Part shown: one piece after another, positions 55,837 through 64,000 of the stretch | Layout of the letters: each line of letters begins with the position of its first letter | Position numbering within the stretch: position 1 is the stretch's first letter | From: Octopus sinensis | Taxonomy: Eukaryota | Length of the DNA: 64,000 nucleotides | Direction of reading: 5' to 3' | Assembly (NCBI RefSeq): GCF_006345805.1 | Contig: NC_043008.1 | Coordinates: 7,812,001-7,876,000 of the forward strand | Program-made: the position numbers and the translations under genes | Notes under the pieces: generated by a model | Database searches by the model: none | Told to the model about the DNA's origin: nothing | What the model saw: only the letters and a program-made list of their open reading frames with translations

Positions 55837-56695
55837 CAGGGTGCGGTGAATAAATTGTCGTCTAAATTACGCAAAAATGGAAATAACACTGGCATCTCAT
55901 TTTTACAGATATATCAACCAAAATTACATAAAAGTATCTTGAAATACTACATGGTAGATGTATGCCATAAGATCGCCATTTGGTTCAGCTACGGCCTCCA
56001 GACGACTTCGGAATCACCTGCAACTCATTTGGACGCTTTCCTGGTTTAAGTTGAGGAATGGTGCCATAATCTTTGCCTTGAGGTCATCTTTGGTGTTACA
56101 AGGAGTTTTTTTGATCTCTCGCTCCACTACGCCCCACACATAATAATCAAAAGTATTTCAGTCTGGGGAGTTAGGTGGCCAGATGTTAGTGGTGATATCG
56201 TCGCCGAAATTGTCCGACAGTTATGGCTGGGTTCTCCCGCTCGTGTAGCATGGTGCAGAGTCCTATTGCCAGATATAGCGTCTTCCCGTAGTCGTCCTCT
56301 AGACCTTGGGCAACGCTAACTCCTCCATGCACTTTATATAGAGTTGAGTGTGAGACCGTGTGGGAAGATGAATGGAGGTATAACGTTTCCAACACTAATG
56401 ATCACTCTGTTTCATTTTTATCACTCTCGGTACATGTCCTTAGATTGCACTTTCCTCAGATTGACTCTCAAACATTCTGAGATGTTCGTATTGGAGCTTC
56501 CGGTACGAATGAGAAGCAGTACAGTATGCTTCGTTTCCAAATTACTGGCAGACTGAATTGTGTCATGGTGCTGTTTTTCTCACAGACGGTGCCCAACTGA
56601 TCCTACTGTACTGTGTAGTCAACAAAATCAAAAGGAAACTGCGCATGTGCGAAACTGAAAATAATATGGCGACAATTTACTCATCGCAGCCTCTG
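55837..56695 (-). mobile_element. maT (DD37D) Tc1/mariner-superfamily element, internally deleted
   Basis: TIRs CAGGGTGCGGTGAATAAATTGTCG and (reverse complement) CAGAGGCTGCGATGAGTAAATTGTCG, with TA at the left end. The minus strand encodes WQ*DSAP-...-WPPNSPD*NTFDYYVWG with exactly 37 residues between the second and third catalytic Asp. Confidence 0.82.
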
Positions 56696-59201
56696 TGTGT
56701 GTATATATAATTTTATATTATATTACATTATATTGTGTCATATTGTATTATATTACATAAACATGCCTATATGTGTATGTGTGTACATAACCTCATCAGA
56801 CCCGATCGAAGATTTCTACATAACTCACTAAATGTGAACAAATCTCAAGTCGCTGCTTAAGAAACCATCATCTTCTTGTAGGCACCTAAATAGCAATTAG
56901 CAGCGTGTATGACTACGAAAATGGGAGTACTCCTCGTCTCAGCAACAGCATAGTGTGAAAGGATCTAGGTAAAGAAACAAGAAATCGTAACGCCATTCAT
57001 TTTACAAATAAGGAGAAACTATTAAAATATTTGAACAGCAAAAATACATCGCAGACAAACGTACAATGATATGTAAATATCCCAAATAAGTGCGTCCAAA
57101 TCTCAAATGAACTAAATCACCACTAACAGAGCACTTTCGGTTATATAGAAATGGTGATTAATACCAATTCTCTGCTAATTCTTAGGTGTACTATCAACCA
57201 CAAAATAAAATGGAAGCAGGAAATGCACTCGCGGACAAATATATTATTCATGAAAATGAATAATATAAGTCGAAATGAATGAAGCACAAACTTCCCACCG
57301 AAGATGATGCACCACGACCCAACCGTTTTCATGGTTATAGATCGAACAGTAGCAATTGAGTATCTATATCTTGTTTTGGTATGACAGTCATGACAGCACA
57401 ACGACTTCAATTTATGAGTCAAATCCAAGATAACATTTACGTAAGGTTATCACATATGACAGATCAAGAGTTTACACCTCTAATTCAGTTTATCCAGCAT
57501 AACGCCAGCTGAACTTCAAAGCCGTCTTACTAATTAAAGGCAGTAATAAAATATTTTATGTATGAGTGATCTTGTCAACTGCAATCAGACAATGTACTTT
57601 GTACTGAGGGAAATATAGATAATCGCTAAATTATTAGATGCCATAATGCTATAACACGCATTCCAGTATAGAGATGTCATGGCGGAGATGCTACACACCT
57701 CCATGATTATGTCACACATATAGTTCTGGTGTTGCTCTCAGAATTGATCTCTGGTCAAATGTATAACACATAATGAAAATTCATGTGGCTACATGCAAAA
57801 ATTATCTCCAACCTAATGCATCACATCGTGACTGTAAATTTGTGGATGCCTTTAGAAGAATAAAGAAGTATTAAGGAAACTAGACCAACACACCTGCGCC
57901 CTACTCTGGTGACATTATTTTATGCAAAGTAAAGTAGTCGTGAGTGAAATATTCTTAGGAATTTCCGTAAAGAACAAGGAAAATCGATGATAAATGTCCT
58001 TAAACTTTGGTCATAAAGCAAGTAAATTGCATAGCATAGTAGACATGATAAGATATGGTCCAAGACTATTTAAAATATGCTAGTTAATCCCCCTATTGTA
58101 AGCACATGGCCGACGCTTTTCACTTTTTTCTTCAGAGATCACAAAAAGGAAATTGACTGAAAAATGAATCCTGAAACAGATCTAGCCTGAAGCTTTTGGA
58201 AAAGAAATGTTTTGAAAGAAAGAGAACGGATGTGAAGTGAAAGCATTTAAGCATCTCTTTTATGTGATGGAAACAATGACATTTAGAGGTTTATACCAGC
58301 ATTGCAGAAAGTTTGAGGCTTTTATGCGATACAATATTAACTAGATCACTCCAGCCATGTTTTATCATGTCCTTGTGGGCCATATACAAAAGTTGGCTCT
58401 CTCAAACGTCGCCTGTGTCTCCTTCAAGATGACATTTGGTTGCGGAGGTCTGACATTAGTTGAAAGCAGCCACCGTCTCAGGCTGGTTCCAGTTAAATCC
58501 CTACATCCAACTTCTGCTAGGAAGTATACTGCAAAGCAACCAGTATTGAAACGAATTTAAAAAGAACATTATAAACAAAGACATAAAATATGAAGACAAA
58601 ATAAGGACAAATAAATATAAATGAATTAATATATAAGGAAAAGATATGAAATTGTTATTACGAAAAAAATTATAAAATGCGATTTTAAAGTCAACGGTAT
58701 CATAGGAATAAAAGTGAATCACAATTCTTAATGCTTCCATTTTATATAGGCAAAAGGATAAAGAAACGCTAAATCAAGGTGAGAATGTCGAAATGCAAGT
58801 TATAGCTGTGTAAAACAGTTACAGCCTATTGAATAAATGGTAAAAAACGTTCCAAAGAACGATGTTTACAGAATGTAACAGCGTTACGCTCGTTATTTAG
58901 GAGATCTTTATTCTCTCATAATATTTTCAGAGATTCTCTGCTACCGGATTGCGTTTAGTGCAGCGACCTTGGTGAGGTGTTCCAGTTCGCATAACAGACC
59001 AGTTAATATTGTAGCAAATGTTATTAGCCTTCCGATTATGGATATTTTATTTTGGAAATTGGTAACAGAAACGTGAGGATTTGCACGTGATGTTAGAAGA
59101 TTATTTGAAAACAAAAGCTACGTAACATCTCATAAAATCTGTGTTCCTTTTACCCAGTAATAATACACATACACACATATATACATGCATACATACATAC
59201 A

Positions 59202-59234
<33 letters not shown>

Positions 59235-59970
59235 GTGTGTGTGCTTGTGTATTACAGGGCAAAAAGAAGTTACGTAATTAAATTCATTATAGTTATTTCT
59301 GCTATAAGATTCGAATCACTGGTAATTGGGTGCTTCTTCATCGCCTTATTGCTTCGGCGGATGCTCTCCAAAATAAAAGTGGACTTCCTTTTTCTTCTAC
59401 TTCGAAATATGGGATACAAAAGCACTCAACTATCAGCGGTGAATTGCATCTCATAACGGAAACAGCTGTAAGGTACTGAAATTCATTACATATTTTCTTG
59501 CTCCCTTGTCAGTCGTATAAATATTTTATTGCTCTCTGCACCCGACTAACCTTGAATACTGAGTTCCAACACAGGTTATTAGTGTCGCTAAGCCTAATCG
59601 AAATATAAGTATAGTGATAACTCGTAAGAACTTACTTCCTTCTATAACCGAGGTCCCCTTACGATGTACACGTTTTACAAATCAATATCTCCCATTGAAA
59701 TTAACTAAAATATAAATTAACTCTTCTAGCCCACCCCGCAAAATCCCTGTAAAATAGCGAACACTGGAGAAATATTTTCTTTGAAGAGAGAAAAAAATAG
59801 AAGACGGTGATAGAAGATACATTCATACGCATACATACACACACATGCGTTTATTTACATGTATCTATTTACATAGCTATATTTTTGGACACTCCAATCA
59901 CTGAAAATTAGATATATATATATATTTACGAAGTCGAGACAGATATCTGCAGCTAGCAGGCTTCTGTTAC

Positions 59971-60017
59971 TCTAGACCGATGATGGGAAAAGACCCTGAA
60001 ACATGCGTGTCTCTAGA
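59971..60017 (+). ncRNA. Complete minimal type I hammerhead ribozyme (U4C core variant)
   Basis: Stem I TCTAGA (59971-59976) pairs with TCTAGA (60012-60017). Core CCGATGA; stem II GGG/CCC; GAAA; stem III CAT-GC-GTG; GUC triplet with predicted cleavage after 60011. Confidence 0.7.
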
Positions 60018-60171
60018 TGCAGGCCTGGCTGTTGGGGGTATTTGTCCCCCCTTCGTAAATATATAAGGACACAGGAAATGTGTCGAAGCCGACAGGAAGC
60101 GTCGATGCTTCCTAGGGCTAAACAGCGGTGGTGTAATCCCCTACTGTCACGTTAATTGACAGTATACAACC

Positions 60172-60230
<59 letters not shown>

Positions 60231-60239
<9 letters not shown>

Positions 60240-60623
60240 GTGAATGGAAGAAATGGAGCTGAACGAAGATTCTACAGAATTCCTTTTATTACATTCTACA
60301 CATGTTTCAAAGGCCACAAATTTCCAAATTCTGATTGAATAAGGATTCCATATTGCAGCTTTCTCTTCAGGAAAATCCAGGAATTACGATGTCAAAAAAA
60401 AAAACAAAAGCGCAGCAAGCAACTCGAACAAGAACGCTCCCTACGCTTTTGTTTTGTTTTGACATCGTAATTCCTGGATTTTCCTGAAGAGAAAGCTGCA
60501 ATATGGTATCCTTATTCAATCAGAATTTGGAAATTTGTGTCCTTTGAAACATGTGTAGAATGTAATAAAAGGAATTCTGTAGAATCTTCGTTCAGCTCCA
60601 TTTCTTCCATTCACTAATTATAT
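60231..60623. repeat. Long inverted repeat (~185-bp arms, ~25-nt spacer), PLE terminal-repeat type
   Basis: 60231-60415 is the reverse complement of 60441-60623 with only a few mismatches and an A-tract length difference. Confidence 0.95.
60478..60560 (+). ncRNA. Hammerhead ribozyme with extended stem II (mirror copy on the minus strand at ~60293-60375)
   Basis: TTC-CTGAAGA-[GAAAGCTGCAA...TTGTGTCCTTT]-GAAAC-ATGT-GTA-GAA. It has a short stem I, palindromic ACATGT stem III, and a GUA triplet. Confidence 0.6.
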
Positions 60624-60768
60624 TAAACTTCAATTATCAGCGCCAACGCACGGTTGCAACACCCTATGGTCATAACTCCAACCGTGTTTTTTCTGCTGTG
60701 ATTTTTGCTACCCAGGTATCGGTTAAACTTTTGAATAATCCGTAACAAGATAATTCATCTTTCCATTT

Positions 60769-60839
<71 letters not shown>

Positions 60840-60904
60840 CATATGGGATGAGAAAGATGGGACAGTTGGGTTGGATTAAAACCTGAATTATAGTAATTAT
60901 TATT

Positions 60905-61790
60905 ATAGTGCCCCATCTTGAAAATGTATATTTGGCGCGGTGGCGGGCCTTCGGTATTTTCTCATCATGCTAGTTTACCAGGTTCTCGTTACTCAGCAGA
61001 AAACTCAATGCACCCTCAAAGCAAAGCTAACATTTGCCTGTTGGCGAATTACATGGATGTTCCATCTTTTCGCTATTGACCATTCCCTTTTGTATTTAAT
61101 TTTAAACTCTTTCAGTCTCCATATTAGGTTTACCAGTGAAGTTGCGTGTCGTCTGTTTATCTTTTGAGATAAATAACGAGATATCGTTGCGATAACGGAA
61201 TTTGAATTGCTTTTCTGTCGACAATGAGAAGACAAATCAAAACATCACAGGATTTATGGCCAATAACAAATCTAAAGAAAAGATTGACCACAAATGCTTA
61301 CATTACATGCCCGACGGTGACAATAAGATTAAAATGAATCCTCAAAAGAGACTCAACAAAAGAGATTGCAGCAACTAGAACACTTCAGACTCTAACAATC
61401 AAAAGGAACTCCACGAAAACCGAAACAAAAAGTCTCCAGATAAACACAAGAATAATAATAGTATAAGTGCACTAGTGACAAAAAATCCTCCCATGAAGCA
61501 ATGAAACCAATTTAAAAAACACGATAAAAAAAGACGTAAAACCAATGTGTCCATCGTCATTCTGAAAGATAAAAAGACGACACGAATGTCTACTGACAGA
61601 CCTGATATGGACACTGAAAGAGTAAAAAATTATATACAAAATAGCATGGTCAATAACAAAAAAATGCACACCCATGTAATTGGCTACCCGGCAACTGGGA
61701 TCTGCTAATGAGAACCTAGTTGACAAGCAGACTCAGAAAATTCCGTGGTGCTACCACCGCACCAAACATGCATTTTAAGATGGGACAATG
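60905..61790. mobile_element. Two diverged Penelope-like GIY-YIG endonuclease 3' fragments in inverted orientation
   Basis: 60905-61170 and 61560-61790 are imperfect reverse complements. Translations RRHATSLVNLIWRLKEFKIKYKREWSI (-) and RRHECLLTDLIWTLKE*KIIYKIAWSI (+) fit the T-x-L-x-x-x-IW-x-LK-x5-Y-x-x-x-WSI motif of PLE endonuclease C-termini (recalled motif). Confidence 0.65.
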
Positions 61791-62087
61791 TAAAAAATTT
61801 ATAATAATTGTAATTCAGGTTTTAACCCAACACAACTCTCACCTTTTTCCTGTCCCATATTTATATGTATATATATTGGAGTGCCCAAAAATATATGTAT
61901 TTCCATCCGTATATGTAAATAAACGTATGTGGGTGAATGTGTATGAATGTATTTGTTGATCGGTGTGCGTATATACGTATACATATGTGTGTGCATGTAT
62001 AGATGTGTGTGTGTGTGTTTGTGTGTGTGTGCGTGAGCGTGTGTGTGTATGTATGCATGTATGTATGTATATACACAGGTACACACA

Positions 62088-62165
<78 letters not shown>

Positions 62166-62171
62166 ACATAT

Positions 62172-62235
<64 letters not shown>

Positions 62236-62356
62236 ATGATATAATATAATATATTTAGCGGTGGTGTATCAGCATGGCCACAGCTCTGAACTGAAATTAC
62301 AAAAGAAAAATCATTTATAGATAATTGTGTGCGGGGATTTGTGTGTGTATGTGTGT

Positions 62357-62391
<35 letters not shown>

Positions 62392-62549
62392 TGTGTGTGT
62401 GTGTATGTGCGAGTGAGTGTGTGTGTGTTTGTAGGTATTCACTCAATACGTATTTCCCTACAGAACATCTCTCCCAATAACGTACGTATTTCTACGCATT
62501 ATTTCTTTCTCAAGCGTTTCGTATGTAATATTGTTAGCATATTTTATCT

Positions 62550-62593
<44 letters not shown>

Positions 62594-63397
62594 GCACACA
62601 CATACACACATAGACACACACATACGCTGCCACATACACACATACTACAATCAAACTCAAAGAAAAATTCTGAAAAAAAATGAAGCTACGTTGCTGTTTC
62701 CGAATACGTAAGAATGAATATTCTGAGAACAGTCTCCCCCTCCTTCTCCTAGCATTGTATTTACGTACCATCGTCGGTGTCACATATGGCATATGCTTTC
62801 CCCACCCCCACCCTTCCAATTGTAAAGAAGGAAAATAATTTTCTCATATCTACTGACATGCGCAAAACTTGCACTTACACTCTATATTACTTACACTCAA
62901 AGTCGACTGATGCTCACCTTGCGGCAATTTATTCTGTACCACAAGAACGCATCAAAATTCCATGAACTAACACTCAAACAATCTGATCTGCGTTAATTTA
63001 ACTGCATCCTCTTAGGACTTTCAACACAAGGTTCATGGCAAGATCATTACATCTCGAAATGCCTACAAGAGATCTATCATATTTTTGTATACATTTAGAA
63101 CTTCAGTTGGGTTAAAGATTAACTTGCTCATGATTCATCGTATGTTATATGCAGTTGTATATGTCACATGTGCTGTGTCTCAAGTGTAACCAGTAAGAAG
63201 GAAAACTTGAATTAGTATCACTTTGCCGACAGCCTACCAATAAATGTGCAAAGTTCGTCAGTATTCAATTATTTTTTTGCCACAATTTGCAAAATAAATT
63301 AATTCATGGTTCTCCTATGCTCAAGTGCAACACATTTTTAAGTTTGACACAGCATTTGTCTTTGTTTTGAGGCTGAAGCTCATTAAAAACACTTTTC

Positions 63398-63451
<54 letters not shown>

Positions 63452-63462
63452 CACGCACACAT

Positions 63463-63514
<52 letters not shown>

Positions 63515-63519
63515 GAACT

Positions 63520-63715
63520 AATGTATCGTGTACGGAGATTTTTTCCTCTGTCTCCCTTTCTGGATCTTTCCTTCTCCTATGTTTCCGACGAAGAGCTCCG
63601 CTCGAAACGTTTAACCCTCCTTCTTTCCTTCTTTCCTGAGCGTTCAATAATACTATATTTATTGCACGTCCTCGCGTTGTTGTGTTTTTTTTGTGCTTTC
63701 ATGTTTGGATTAACT
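63520..63715 (+). mobile_element. Penelope-like terminal-repeat fragment with hammerhead (63581-63615)
   Basis: GTTT-CCGACGA-A-GAGC-TCC-GCTC-GAAACGTT-TAAC. Same family as 44897-45110; flanked by microsatellite. Confidence 0.7.
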
Positions 63716-63728
63716 ATGTGCGTCTGTA

Positions 63729-63781
<53 letters not shown>

Positions 63782-64000
63782 GTATATATATCCTGATAGA
63801 TGGCGACACTGAACGAAGTGCTGCTTTCAAACCATTTTAGCATAAGAGAGACAGTGTGTGTGTGTGTAACACGTAAAGCGTAGATTCTGACACGATAGAT
63901 ATCAATGCCCTGCATATTTAAACGGTCACTCACACACGTTTACACATGCATGTATATGTATGTGTGTGCGTGTGTATGTATGTATATATATATATACGTA

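Overview
AT-rich eukaryotic genomic DNA, very likely octopus. That assignment is inferred from the SINE families and the dense (TA)n/(ATCT)n/(AAT)n microsatellites, not from a database hit. Only one intact gene is supported: an intronless testis-specific serine/threonine kinase (TSSK family, 21880-22785 +) with a CCAAT/CRE/TATA-like upstream region and a poly(A) signal. The rest is repeats: four tRNA-derived SINE families (about 25 copies or fragments), CR1-like LINE 3' ends, Tc1, mariner, maT (DD37D) and MULE transposon relics, a non-autonomous Helitron, and many Penelope-like element (PLE) remnants. The most notable non-coding signal is about 10 hammerhead-ribozyme motifs in several distinct PLE-type repeats. 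Two stand out: a complete minimal type I hammerhead in a ~250-bp structured element (59971-60017), and a ~390-bp near-perfect palindrome with a hammerhead on each strand (60231-60623). Almost all other ORFs in the supplied track are microsatellite or SINE translation artefacts. All motif calls were made by eye.
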